A DNA stretch of 64,000 bases from the NCBI RefSeq assembly GCF_032191835.1, contig NC_083243.1:169818001-169882000 (forward strand). The letters are read 5' to 3'. Positions 49,580 through 62,074 of the stretch are shown here, one piece after another. A program made the translations under genes and the position numbers. This stretch comes from Heteronotia binoei. Taxonomy: Eukaryota. Numbering within the stretch: the stretch's first letter is position 1; each line of letters begins with the position of its first letter. The notes below the pieces were generated by a model. The model worked only from the letters and a program-made list of their open reading frames with translations. It was not told the origin of the DNA and ran no database searches.

Positions 49580-50584
49580 TTATGTATGTGTTGAGATCCC
49601 TGTCAATACAGTAACGAGGGTCTTTCCTCTGTGCTTCAGACATTTGTTCTTGACTCTCTTGCAGGCTTTCTCCAAGGCTTTTCTTACATCTTTGTTCCTT
49701 AAAGTATAGATGATAGGATTCAGCATTGGTGTGATGATAGCATAGAAAACAGATACTACTTTGTCCATACCAGAAGACTGGTCTGAGCGTGGGCAGATAT
49801 ACATGAAGATGACTGTGCCATAGAAGATGATGACTACCACCAAGTGGCTAGCACATGTAGAAAAGGTCTTGTATCTTCCAGAAGCAGATGGGATCCGGCA
49901 GATGGTAGAAACTATCAAGCCATAAGAGGCCACAGTCAGGAAGAGGGACACAAGTACAACCACTGCAGAGACAAGGAAGACCATCACTTCAGCAATGAAG
50001 GTGTTGCTGGTTGCCAGCTTAATTAGGGGGCCTGTGTCACAAAAGAAATGATTGATATGGTTGCTGCTGTTGAAGGACAGCTGGGAGATGAAGGCTGTGG
50101 GCAAGAAGGGTGTCAGAAAGCCACTCACCCAAGAACCCAAGGCTAAATAAGCACAGGAACAGCTATCCATGAGTACAGGGTACTGCAGTGGATGGCAGAT
50201 GGCTAGGTATCTGTCATAGGCCATTGTAGCCAGGAGAAAGAATTCTGTGGTTCCAAAGAAGAAGAAGAAATACATCTGGGTGATGCAAGTCCAGAAGGAG
50301 ATAGCATGAGAGCCAGTAACAAAACTCCCCAGTAACTGAGGCACCGTGACTGAGACATAGCACATCTCTAGTAAGGAGAAATTGCTCAGAAAGAAGTACA
50401 TGGGGGTGTGGAGACTCACATCCAGATTTGAGATTCCAATGATCAAGGCATTGCCAAAGAAGGTGAAGAGGTAGGCAGTCAAGAAAATTACAAATAAAAG
50501 GAACCGGAATTCCTGTAGTTCAGGGAAGCCCAACAGGATGAACTCGGGAACTGAGGTGTCATTCAGCATATTCTTGGCACTCAT
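49580..50584 (-). CDS. Olfactory receptor, family 6/11-like (resembles OR11L1), 334 aa or 329 aa from Met6
   Basis: LHTPMYFFL, MAYDRYLAIC, HFFCD, KTFSTCASH, PMLNPIIYTLRN; NDT sequon; start may be 50584 or 50569. Confidence 0.9.
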   Translation of the reverse strand: MSAKNMLNDTSVPEFILLGFPELQEFRFLLFVIFLTAYLFTFFGNALIIGISNLDVSLHTPMYFFLSNFSLLEMCYVSVTVPQLLGSFVTGSHAISFWTCITQMYFFFFFGTTEFFLLATMAYDRYLAICHPLQYPVLMDSCSCAYLALGSWVSGFLTPFLPTAFISQLSFNSSNHINHFFCDTGPLIKLATSNTFIAEVMVFLVSAVVVLVSLFLTVASYGLIVSTICRIPSASGRYKTFSTCASHLVVVIIFYGTVIFMYICPRSDQSSGMDKVVSVFYAIITPMLNPIIYTLRNKDVRKALEKACKRVKNKCLKHRGKTLVTVLTGISTHT

Positions 50585-50689
50585 GTTCAGTCAGCATCAG
50601 AGACAGAGGAGGAATCAGAAGAAAGAAAATGTAAGGAATATAGGACAGAAAGACACCAGAGAAGAGAATTCACAGTTCTAATAATCACA

Positions 50690-50875
50690 TCAAGGACATC
50701 CACATTCAGAGGCAGTAAACCTCTGAATACCAATACCAGGAGGCAACTCAGAAGAAGGCTTCAGCCTCTATGCCCTGTTGTTGGTCCTCTAGAGTAGCTG
50801 GTTGGCCATTGTGTGAGACAAGATGCTGTACCAGATGGATCACTGCTCTGATCCAGCAGGGCTGCTCTTATATTT
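50690..50875 (+). mobile_element. CR1 3' end remnant
   Basis: ggttggccattgtgtgagacaagatgctgtaccagatggatcactgctctgatccagcagggctgctctta. Confidence 0.65.
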
Positions 50876-53009
50876 TATTTTAATGCATTTTAAAAACAGA
50901 ACTATTATTAGTGTTTTAAAGTGGGTTTGCTGTAAGAATAAGCAATAAAGCTCCTTTTCACAGTCATTTGTACATAATGACATCAACAGAAGCTGACTTT
51001 TCAGTGATTTTAGAGCATTGGACTGGTCTTGTGAATACCATGTCTAAATACATTTCATCATATTCTGGGAGAATCTTCACAGCTGGATCATTCCTAATGA
51101 TTTCTAAAGTCACTAAGTAATGGTTATGCAAATTTGCTGCAAAATCGCAAGTCAATTCAACAGTTACAGCAAATATACTCCCATTTCTTATTGAGCGACT
51201 CAAATTATTCTTTCCATGATCCTGATACAGGATTTTAAGTCACTTGTTTCCACAGTTAAAAACATCCAGAGACTGAAGAAACAGAGTTATATGTGATGAA
51301 TCAACAGAATGACAGCCTGTAAGCCAAATCTGAACATCCACACATTTCTAAAATAATATTTATGAGTTAAAGATCTCTAGAAAGGACACCTCAGTAAACT
51401 CCAACTGCCATAAAATTGTTTCTTATTAAGCCCACTAAGAACTGTACATTAGATATGTTTAACTGGGCATTGTTAGATTGGAACGTTTGGCTTTCCAGCC
51501 ACAGAGTTACATGGGCAAGGGGGTAAAATTCATGATCACATTTTGTAATGATTACAAAGAAATGGAAAGGAGGTTGGAGAGTTAAAAATCCTAAGGATCC
51601 AATCTTATACGCAGTTATTTTGAATTAAATCTAGTGAATGAAGTGAGATTTACTTGTAAATTGGGCAGGATTAGGCTGAAAGAATACGGCACATTAAGAA
51701 AGTGATTTTACTCAGGAAAGTTGTGTAGGTAAGATATGAATTTTAACTGTAATTAGATTTGCAAATTATTTACCTTCCATGAAGTGCTGCCTTTTTCATG
51801 TCTGCTCTGCTGCAGTGAGGCAAGTTCTCCCCAAAAAGCATTACTCCTTTGATTTGGAAAGACACTACCATTCAGTCACAGCATCCCTGACAGCTCTTGG
51901 ACTCTAGGCTGCTCAAGGAGAGAGGGTGAGGTGGTTACCAAATAAGAACAGTTCTAATCTTTCATTAGAATTACCGCTGAACACACCATTAATGTCTTCT
52001 GAAAAGGCCTGTATGGGTAATCTACTGATAAAATAGTTCGAAGCCTTATTAGCCCTGGAATGCAGTTTTCCAATAATGGCATGACATGCAAGACCAGAGG
52101 AGTTTGTAATACTTGGTACTGAAGGCTCTTCCATTATCCAGTATCCGCACATCACCATAGCTGAGATCCTTTAACTAGACATGTTGAATATTGAACTCAA
52201 GCCTTTATGCATGCAAACTATGTGTTCCAGGGCCAGTTCCCAGTTTTGGGGGGCCTTGGGCAGAGAATGCTCAGTCCGCCCGCCCCCCCATTCCCGCTAC
52301 TTGTTCCCCATCTTTCCTACATACCTCCAAGCCTGCATGCTCTTTCCCCAGTGATGCTGAGTGGTGGTTGCAGCTGGAAGTTCCAATGCTATGGCCACCA
52401 GGAATGCTGCTGCTTTGTGCACCACTGGCATGCCCTTCCCCTGCAGCACTAGGCAACATATGTACCTAGAACCACATGCAGTAGAAGAGTGAGTGTGCAG
52501 ACATCAGAGATGTGCTAGCAGGGAGTCAGCAGCAATGAGCCCTGCCAGAAGCCATGAGCCCTGGCAGTTGCCACGCTTCAAGGTATGCCGACATTGCCAC
52601 TGACGTGCTTCATCACTGACCAGAATAGCAGCAACTACATTTCTTATGCCATGTACCCAACAGATTCTTGACAATTCTAGAAACAGGCTGATAACAATGC
52701 ACATTGCCACAGGGGCCGAGGTCAGACGCACATAAACTGACGAGATGGGCATGGATGAAAGCCAGATGCATGTCGGATTTTATGCGGTTGTCCAAACATC
52801 GGCATCTGACAATGGTCGTTGGCTCGTTCATGCCCCGAACTGCCACGACTGAGATGCAGACTTTTTTGATAGTACATTAAATCCGGAATAAGAATGCTTC
52901 TGATGACTCCCACGCATACTTTCTATGTTTGAATGCTCCATTGTAGCCGACTTGTCGCAAGCGCACATCCGCTTCCTTGCGAGAGCCCACTCCAAATGAT
53001 ATCATTGCG

Positions 53010-53203
53010 CCAGCAATTGTTGACTCAGCCTTCCAACCTTCCGAGGTCGGTAAAATATGTACCCAGCTTGCTGGGGGGGGAAGTGTAATGACCGGGGAAG
53101 GCAATGGCAAACCACCCCGTAAAAGGTCTGCCGTGAAAACTTTGTGAAAGCAGCGTCACCCCAGAGTCGAAAATGACTGGTGCTTGCACAGGGGACCTTT
53201 CCT
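53010..53203 (+). mobile_element. SINE or LINE 3' end with RTE-like tail
   Basis: gactcagccttccaaccttccgaggtcggtaaaat...ggggaaggcaatggcaaaccaccccg...ggggacctttcct. Confidence 0.65.
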
Positions 53204-53523
53204 AAATGGGGGGGGGGGGGAGGCAGATCGCCCACCTTTGCCATCTCCCTGCCAGGCGGAGAGACAGCAAAGAGAATTGCCGTGCTCCCCCGCCCATTTA
53301 AACACCATGGCGGGGTGTTTAAATGGGGGAGGGAGGAAGATAACCCACCTTTGCTGTCTCCCCGCCAGGCGGAGAGACAGCAAAGAGAACTCCTGGGCTC
53401 CCCCTTCCTTTCCGGGTGTTTAAATGGGGGGGGGGACAGATCGCCCACCTTTTCTGGCACCGTTAAAAAAAAAAAGCCAAGCACGATATCCCACGTACTG
53501 CGCTTGTGCGAGTGTGGAATGCC
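53203..53523. repeat. GC-rich ~120-bp tandem units built from palindromes (probable MITE interior)
   Basis: Two full units plus a partial; stems at 53293-53327 (14 bp perfect) and 53349-53385 (17/18 bp). Confidence 0.7.
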
Positions 53524-56500
53524 ATCTCAAAAAATGAGGTCCGGTTGAGACCTCTGATCAACCAACAACGGGACCAACGCTGCTTAGAACTGATGGATGG
53601 AGGGATGTCTGATCAGGAAATTCGTTGTAAAAAAGCTGCGGGGTATAATAGCTACAGGTTAGGGATGGATTTAATGGTGAGTGTGACCGTGGCCAGGGTT
53701 TGCTTCTTTTTAATGCAATGGATGCAGCTTACCTATTCTAAAAAGTAAACAAAGCTGTGATGGTTGCCTGTTTTTGCATCCTTTTCATGCCATTAAAATC
53801 TAGTTCTGTTATTCAAACTGTTGCCTATTCAAAATGTTCCCAAGTCAGTTTTTTTCATTTCGCTCATCAGACTTACTTCAAATGACTTATCCAGAACACA
53901 CACAGGAAACATGTTCCATATGCTCCATGCACAAGTGATCTCTGCCCCACCACATTTTGCTTTGTTTTCCGGGTCAAAGAAGAAATCTGAATAGAGTGTG
54001 TAGAATTCTACACTGAAGAAAATCCAAATTTTACCATAAAATACAAATATAATAGTCTGCTGTTGAAGTAAGTTATACACTTATGCAGCTCTCAAGCTAT
54101 TAAACTCTAAAGGAGGACCTCCATTCATTAAAAAACAGGACTGATACAGTATTTGATTAATACATTAAAATAATTTTGTTTGACTAAAATGGGATCCTTA
54201 GTTTTCACTATCTGTGAAGGTTGTTAAAATGATTTGTTATTTATATGGTAAGCACCTTCTTAGAAGATGTATTAATTCACTCCTGTGAAAGAAAGCATAA
54301 TGCCTCTAAGAAGATGCTACAGTTTGACCTTTTATCACTGTGACAAAAACAAAGATTCTACCATATCCCCTAGGAAAGGCTTTCTAAAGGCCACTCTTCC
54401 ACGGTACAAAACACAAAGATTATCTCCTCTTCCCCTTGCTGGTGTCTTCCCCCAAACCTGGATTCCTCCTGGAGTGTCACAGTTGCCCATATTTTGTGGT
54501 TCACCTATTGTAGGCAGGCTGACTGGATTTTTCCGATTTCCACATTTTAGCATTCTGACCTTTTATGCATCTGATGCTTCATCAGTCTCTCAACTCCAAA
54601 TTCATTTGGGAGCTTTGCTCTTGCTTTATACTTCAGTCATCCAGACTGCCAACCGCAGGACAGCATAAATTCTGTTTCCATCTTCTTTGTAATCTTCATT
54701 CTTTTAATCCTTTCCCATCACTCTAAAAATCTAAAACTGGAGGACAATATCAGAGTAACAATCCCTAACTGTTGGGAGACAGAAAAAATATCAAATATCT
54801 TCTGCAGGTTCTACAGGCTAGCATGTTATGTGCAATGTGCATTGTTATCAGCGTGTTTCTAGAATTGTCAGGAATCTGTCGGCTATACGGGTAATACGAT
54901 ATAGTGTTTAATATTCAAATCCCCGTTTAGCCACAATGATCTTGAATCAATCAACATCTCTCAGTCTAACTTACTACACGGAATTATTGTAAAGATGAAA
55001 GGAAATGTGGATAGCACAAGTCTGTACGCTGCTGTATGGGAAAGTGGGATAGGGATATGAAAGGTCTTTAGAAGACTGGTAGTAATTAGTAGAGGACCTT
55101 CTTCTGAGAAAGGTGAGGATACTGAGAAATTGCGCCGCACTCTTAACAGTCTAACATTTTTGCCTTGAAGGCATCTGAAGTATGGAGAGGAGGATGTTAA
55201 CTTGCTGGAGGTGTGAAATCTTGGCACTAAAGTTATCAGGTCAGGTACCTGCAGACAGGACTGTTGCTCTTTATGCCATTGTGTGGAAACCTGCCCACAC
55301 AATAATAATATATAACAATAAGATAAAAAGTTGGTGGATGGGAGCTGCACAGTTAACAAACTTTAGAATGGGAACTGCAACTGCCAGGGGTAGGGAACGT
55401 TGGCTCTCCAGATGGGTTTTTTGCCTACAACTCCCATCGGCCCCAGCCAGCATGGCCAATGGATGGGGCTGATGGGAGTTGTAGGCAAAAAAAACATCTG
55501 GAGAGCCAACGTTCCCTAACCCTGCTGGACCTTTATTTCATCATTATTACTGCATTTCCATTCATGAATGGTAAGCATCCTTAGATGGTATGTGGCATTT
55601 TTGTTGCTGTTCTTACCACATGGGCAAACAAGTGGAATGCAAGAAAATCATTATGTTTGTGTGGTGGAGATCACACAAAAAGATGGGATTAGCGATGGGA
55701 AGATACCTTAAGCACCCACTAGGGTGTTGTGAAGTTGCTACTGCAGAAATGAAGCACCGTTCCTTTCAATGTACCGCAGCTTGCTCCAGCTCACAGAGGG
55801 CAGAGTCATTCAAAAGCACTTGAAATGTCATATTATTCATCAGGAATTATTTGCAAGCAGGAAGGGATTCTGCTTACAGTTCGTCTCAGCCCTGGTTTTT
55901 CTAAGATCCGAATCTACGTTGCGTTGCCTGCTGATCCATTCAGGGTTCCAACTTGCCCAGGACTAGAAACAGCACCACATATTGCCACAAGTGAGACCGG
56001 AATGCAGAGTCGTATCTTTGGCTGTCTCAAGATGCAATTTGGAGAAAGTGGTTGGAGTGGCACTAAAGCCTCTGATGGAGGTGGTGTGAACCTATAATTG
56101 ATTAACTTCAGCTGGGGGCCTTTGAGATTTTTTGTTTGTTAGCAATAGACCCACATGCCAATTATCCCTTGATGAACGAAGTGGAATGCAAGCTGGATTC
56201 ACGTTGCATCAGATCACTACTTTGGAACTTTGTCTGAGGCAATCGGCATCCTTCCATTCTCAAAAGCACACTAGAGGCCTTTCAGCCTCTAAAGAGCACA
56301 CTAGAGCCTCTAAAAAGCACACTAGAGGCCTTTCAGCCCTCCACCTTATACTTACCAACACTGAACTTCATTTGCTGCACTGTTGCCCACTCAGCCAGGC
56401 CTTTCAGCCCTCTAAGGAGGAAGGCAGTTGGTGGGGAAAGAGCCAAATGAACAGCTGCAGCTACACAGTTCAGATATTGTGGCACCTTAAAGAGTAGCAG

Positions 56501-57249
56501 AATAATGGCACAAGATTTTGTGAATCAGAGCCCCCTTTGTCAGATGCATGTTCATCGGATTACCAACTTTTAAACTGATCTATCGAGCTGCCCTTTAATA
56601 TCAGTTTGATCAAGAAGCAATTATCGGATGATGTTATTTAGCTTCATACTATGAAAAGCTTCAAATTCAGTTTGCAGCAGGCAAAACAACTCTCTGTATT
56701 TTTTCTAACTCTTCAATATCATTTTTGAGATATGGTGATCAGAAATGTACACCATAGATCTATACAGGGGCATTTACAATATTGGTCATTTTAATCTCTT
56801 CCTAATAATCGCTAACATAAAGTGTGCCTTTTTCACTGCTGCAGCACACTGGGTTGACACTTTCATTATGACCCCAAGATCTTTTCCCCTCTCATTCTCA
56901 GCAAATTCAGAACTCATTAGCCTGACTTGAAGCCAGGATTCTTTGTCCCAGTGTGCACCACCTTATACTTACCAACACTGCACTTCATTTGCCACACTGT
57001 TGCCCACTCAGGCAGTTTGTGGAGGCCCTCTTGGAGCTTTTCACAGTCAGCCATGGTTTTCACCATCCTGAATAATTTTGTGACATCTACATAACTCACC
57101 CCTAGTTCCAGATAACTGATGAATAAATTAAGTAGTACCAATATCGATCCTTGTGGGACCCCACCACTTACTTCCCTCCATTGTGAGAACAGTCCATTGA
57201 TTCTGACTCTGCTTCATGTCATTTACCCAGAGAATCCATCCACTTATCC

Positions 57250-57805
57250 CAGGGGTGTCAAACATGTGGCCCAGGGCCCAATCAGACCCCTGGAAGGCTT
57301 CCTTCTGCATCACAGCTTGCTTTGTCAGGCTTGTTCAATCATACAGGAGCTACAGAGCAAAACCTCTATTTTCTCCACTGGCTGAGGTTCCTCCCTTTGG
57401 GAGGAAGCGGGGGGGGAATAGCTTGCTTTGCCAGGCTCTCTCAATCATGCAGCAGAGCTAGTGAGCCAAGCCTCTCTTCTATTGGCTGAGGCTCCTCCCC
57501 CTCCTGGTGCCATGGGGAAGGTAGGAAAGAGCCAGAGCTCCCTTTGCACAGTTCCCTGGAACCCATGGGAGAAATACAAAGCAAGCACCTTTAAGACCAA
57601 TGAGTGCTAATGTTTTAAGTATGTTTTATTTTTATTCTTTTAAAAAAATCTTTACTTGTGTTAGTTTGTGTCCTTTATAAAGTTTATATCTCTGCTACCT
57701 AATCTTAAATAGGTACGCGCATGGCCCTGTCAGACATGGCCCAGCCCGACAAGGTCTCATTTATGTCAGATCCGTTCCTCATAACAAATGAGTTTGACAC
57801 TCCTG
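57250..57805. mobile_element. hAT (Buster/Charlie-type) MITE, CAGGGGTGTCAAAC TIR
   Basis: TIRs caggggtgtcaaac / gtttgacactcctg; ttatcc repeated on both flanks. Confidence 0.85.
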
Positions 57806-57902
57806 ATTATCCCATGACTGCTGAGTTTACTCAGGAGTCTTTGGCGAGGTACCTCATCAAAAGCCTTTTGAAAGTCCAGGCACAGGTCACCACTGTCTAC
57901 AT

Positions 57903-58214
57903 CAGGGATGGCCAAACTGCAGCTCAGAAGGCACACGTGGCTCTTTCACACATATTGTATGGCACTCAAAGCCCCCACCGCCCCATCGGCCAGCTGGGAG
58001 AAGGCATATATCTCCTTAAATCACTTCTCCAAGCCAAGCCAGAAAGCAGCTAGGAGAATGCATTTAAAGTTAAAGTTGCTTTCTTTCCACCTCTCTCTTC
58101 CTCTCCCTCCCCATCTATTTGCCTTCCTTCTCTCAAGCATCTGACATTCATGTCTTGCGGCTCTCAGACATCTGACATTTATTTTATGTGGCTCTTAAGC
58201 AAGTTTGGCTACCA
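57903..58214. mobile_element. hAT MITE, CAGGGATGGCCAAACT TIR
   Basis: Perfect 8-bp TSD gtctacat; right TIR degraded. Confidence 0.85.
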
Positions 58215-59879
58215 GTCTACATACTTGTTCACTTTCTCAAAGAACTCCAAAAGGCTAGTGAGGCAGGACTTCCCTTTGCAAAAGTCATGCTGATTTTCCG
58301 TCATCAGGCTTTGTTCCTCTAATAATTCTATATTTGATTACATTTGCCTAGGAAAGATATTAAGCTAACTGGCCTATAATTTCCTACTTCCCCTCTGGAC
58401 CTCTTTTTAAACATTGTGATATTTACTGCTTTCCAGTCTTCTAGTACAGTAGCTGAATTTAGTGATGTTACGTATACAGGTTAGTAGATCAGCAATCTCA
58501 CATTTGTGTTACTTAAGAAGTCTTGGGTGTCTGCCATCAGGACCTGGAGACTTACTGGTTTTTATTTCCCAATAAGTCTAGAACTTAATTTCTTGTCACC
58601 TTTAAAATAGCGGCTGGAACATGGGTGCATGTTCACACTTTTCACAATGAACAGAGAAGCAAAGAATTAATCAAGCTTATCTGCCATTTTCCCTTCTTCC
58701 ATTCTCAGTCCCTTTATTCCTAGGTCATCCAAAAGCCTAACTGCTTCTCTGACTGCTTTCCTGCTCTGGGTATATTTAAAGAAATGTTTACTGTTTGTCT
58801 TGATGCTTTTAGCAATCTGCTTCTCAAATTCTCTTTTTACATCCCTAATTATTGACTTACATTTCTTTTGCCAGAACCTGTGGTTCCTTCTGTTTGATTC
58901 ACTGGGGCAGATTTTTCACTAAAGGAAGCCTCTCTTTACTTTTTATAGCTTCCTTGACTTGCATTGTTAGCCACACAGGCCTTCTTTTAGACTTGGCAGT
59001 ACATTTCCTTATCTGTGGAATGCATTCTATCTGGGCTTCAATTAGTGTGGTTTTAAATAGCTTCCAAGAATCCACTAGCCGTCATTTGTTATGAGGGCTG
59101 GATTTGATACAAATAGGACTTTATGGGGCCAAGCCATGCATGTCATAAAATATAATGCCAGGTAACGGAGCTATAAACTTTATAAAGGATACAGATAAAC
59201 ACAATTAAAGATATTTTTTTTTACTTAAAATACAAACATACTTAAAACTCATGATATTTTGTTTAAAACAGAAAGCTGAGGGAATAGTGGGATTTGGCAA
59301 TGCGATTTTAAAAATAAAACATCAAGAAAAGGCACAAGGATCACAGCAGATACTAAAAATATAAACTAGAAATATAAATGTTCTGAGCCTTGAAAAACAT
59401 GAAATGGCTGGGTATTGCAAGCTTCTCCCCCACCCCACCCCACCTACTCAGACTGGCAATGACTCTCCAGTATAATATCCCCCTTTGGCTGTGGGTTCCC
59501 AGATTAGAGTACTCACTTAGCATCAGTTCTCAGGTCCATTCAGCAGAGATAAGCTGGCTCAAAGCATCAACCCTTTATAGGCTTGTTAGTCCCCATGTCC
59601 GAGTGGATGATCCCCCAGTTTTGCAGGCTCCTCCCCACCACCTGTCAGCCAGCTGGTGGCGGGAAGCCCCATCCCAACAGCCACAATGTGCCTTTAGATT
59701 TTAGGCAGGTTCAGAAGCTTGCAGCTGCTTCTTTGGAAGGTGCATGTGTCCCTTTGAATCTCAGTGAAACTGAAGCTGTGGGAGTGGGGTGAGTGAAGAG
59801 CCACATGTGTGTGAAAGAGAGAGAGAGAAAGAAGAGGAAGAGAAGAGATTGGATTTATACTCCACACTTCACTACCTGT

Positions 59880-60900
59880 GAGAGTCTCAGAGCAGCTTGC
59901 AATCTCCTTTCCCTTCCCCTCCCCACAACAGACACCCTGTGACGGAACCGGCCCGATTCTGCCTTCAGACCCGGTCCCGTCTGCTCCCTATTGAGTCGCC
60001 AACTCCTGGAAGGAGCTATTTCTCCTCCTGCCCCTTGGGCTCGCTGCCACCACCTGCTCAGTCTAGGGGTTCAGATTGAGAGGAACAGGACTCCCAATCC
60101 CCCTCTCCAGCTATGAGGCTAGGCCTCAAGGTCCTCTGCCACCCCGTACTTGGGTTTCACAGAGACCTCAGCACTTCTTTGGGGCACCCCTGGAGGATTG
60201 GCACCTTATACAACTGCATGCCTTCCCCCTTCCCCGGGGCCCCCTTTATAAAGCAGCGTGGTCTGAGCGGTCGGGGATCTATGTGGTACAGAGATGGACT
60301 GCCAGCATTCAAAACAGAAAAAAAATGTTTATTTAAAAGAGAAAAAGAAAGGAAAAGAAAAACAAAACAAAAACAGTTGCATATAAAAAGTTAGCACAGC
60401 ACAGCACCCACACAGCAAACAGCATGACAAAGGAAAGGTTTCTACTGTCCCTGGTCTAAACTTGCCCTGTCTTGAGAATGACTTACTTGGTCTGACTGCC
60501 TGGGGCCTCACAGGCAGGAGCCTCCATGCTCACCACATGCTCGCTTGAGCGCTAGTTCCAAACTGCCTTCTCTTCCTGCCTAACTCACATGCAGAGAACA
60601 AAAGAACTTCCTGCCTCTCTAGGAGACTTTCCCCCTAGCGTTGTTGGTTTGGCTCTGGAAGGGAGGGGGGGGAGTGAGGGGAAGGCTAGGCCAAAGCCTG
60701 CTTAGGAGTTTCATGTCTTCCCTCCCAATGAAGCACCAACATTGACTAAAATGGCGTTTCTCCACACACCCTATGAGATAGGTGGAGCTGAGAGAGTTCT
60801 GACAGAAACTGCTCTTGAGAGGAACAGCTCCGCAAGAACTTGTGGATGACTCAAGGTCACATGAGCATGTAGAGTAAGCCCAAGGCTTAAATGAGCATTG
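59880..60900 (-). mobile_element. SINE split by a solo LTR
   Basis: cccttcccctccccacaacagacaccc | tatgagataggtggagctgagagag joins cleanly once the LTR is removed. Confidence 0.7.
59938..60766 (-). mobile_element. Solo LTR, 829 bp
   Basis: TG...CA ends; perfect 5-bp TSD caccc (59933-59937 and 60767-60771); AATAAA on the minus strand near 60328. Confidence 0.88.
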
Positions 60901-60989
60901 TTCCATAGATCTTTGGGGACATCTCCTGGACAGTGCTTTGGGCCTCCAGAACATGGTTGACAACACTATAAACAGTCTGTTTTTTGCTA

Positions 60990-61060
60990 GTTTTTAATTA
61001 GCTGTCCGCAAGGCCTACAATGGAATTCACTAATGAGGGAAGACTTTTTAATGAGGCATC
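60990..61060. promoter_or_regulatory. Homeodomain-site cluster, candidate OR enhancer core
   Basis: TTTTAATTAGC (60992), TAATGA (61031) and ACTTTTTAATGA (61043-61054) within 65 bp. Confidence 0.5.
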
Positions 61061-61234
61061 AAAATGGGAACTAACAGTAAATTTATGACTTTTAAGTCTG
61101 TGAAGAGAAAAACTAACTTGGCAAAATGCCCTTTTTTGTTTTGAGGTTAACCACAGTCTCAAGAGGTGAATCAAAGGCTACTAGCCCATATCGTTTTAAT
61201 ATTAGCTAAGAAATCTGTTGCTTAAAGTTTAGAT

Positions 61235-62074
61235 CAGGAGTGTCAAACACCCGACCCGCAGGCCGAATCCGGCCCACCAAAGGCTTTGATCAGGCCCGCA
61301 GGACTCTTTTCTCCCCCTCCTGTTCTTACCCTTTGAAGCTCCCAGGCTCTTTGAAACTTCCAGACTGAGACTCTTTCAGTTTCAGCCTGGGAGCTTCAAA
61401 GGCTCTTTGAAGCGCCTTTTGAAGCTTGCAGGCTAAGTCCCAGGTTCTTCCTGCCTTTCTTTGCTGGCTGCTGCAAGGAAAATGTGGGGTGGATTTTAAG
61501 ATCCATTCCACATTTTCCTTGCAGCTTTGTCTGTACTCTGCAATGGTTTCAAATGGAGTGGAGATGGTTACATTTTCAGCTTTCCTATAGCTAGTTGGAA
61601 CTCATGCTTCCTGGAGTTGTGTCCTTGCAAACAAGGGTTGATGCTTTCAACCAGCTTATCTCTCCTGAATGGACCTAACCTAGTGAGTCCTCTAATGTGG
61701 GAACTCACAGCCAAAGGGGGATATTATACTGGAAAGACTTTGCCAATCTGAGTAGACTTGTGGGGAGAAGTTTACAATGTCATTTGATTGCTTCCACAGA
61801 GTCAGAGCCTTGTGCTTTTTCTTGATGTTTTATTTTAAAAATTGCATTGCCAAATTCCACTAGTCACCCACCTTTCCAACTTAAACCATTGGAAGAGTTC
61901 TAAGCATGTTTGTATTTTAAGTTTTAAAAAATATCTTTAATTGGGTTTGTCTGTGTCCATTATAAAGTTTATATCTCCACTACTTGGCATATTTTATGAC
62001 ACTCATGGCCCGCCCCCACAAAGTCCCATTTGTGTCAGATCCGGCCCTCCTAAGAAATGAGTTTGACACCCCTG
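61235..62074. mobile_element. hAT (Buster/Charlie-type) MITE, 840 bp
   Basis: TIRs caggagtgtcaaac / gtttgacacccctg; perfect TSD gtttagat. Confidence 0.92.

Larger units (their letters stand above)
56740..59085 (-). mobile_element. CR1 LINE fragment interrupted by two MITEs
   Basis: Reverse complement reads as CR1 ORF2: GLSDP-like linker, SPGPDG, K..LYADD-like region (gtgacatctac), KCKVMH-like (agtgtgcaccaccttatactt). Confidence 0.8.

Noticed and set aside
52500-53750. Possible RTE-X-like LINE C-terminus around the SINE tail and palindromic array
   Set aside because: Only vague zinc-knuckle-like residues across frameshifts; cannot be called.
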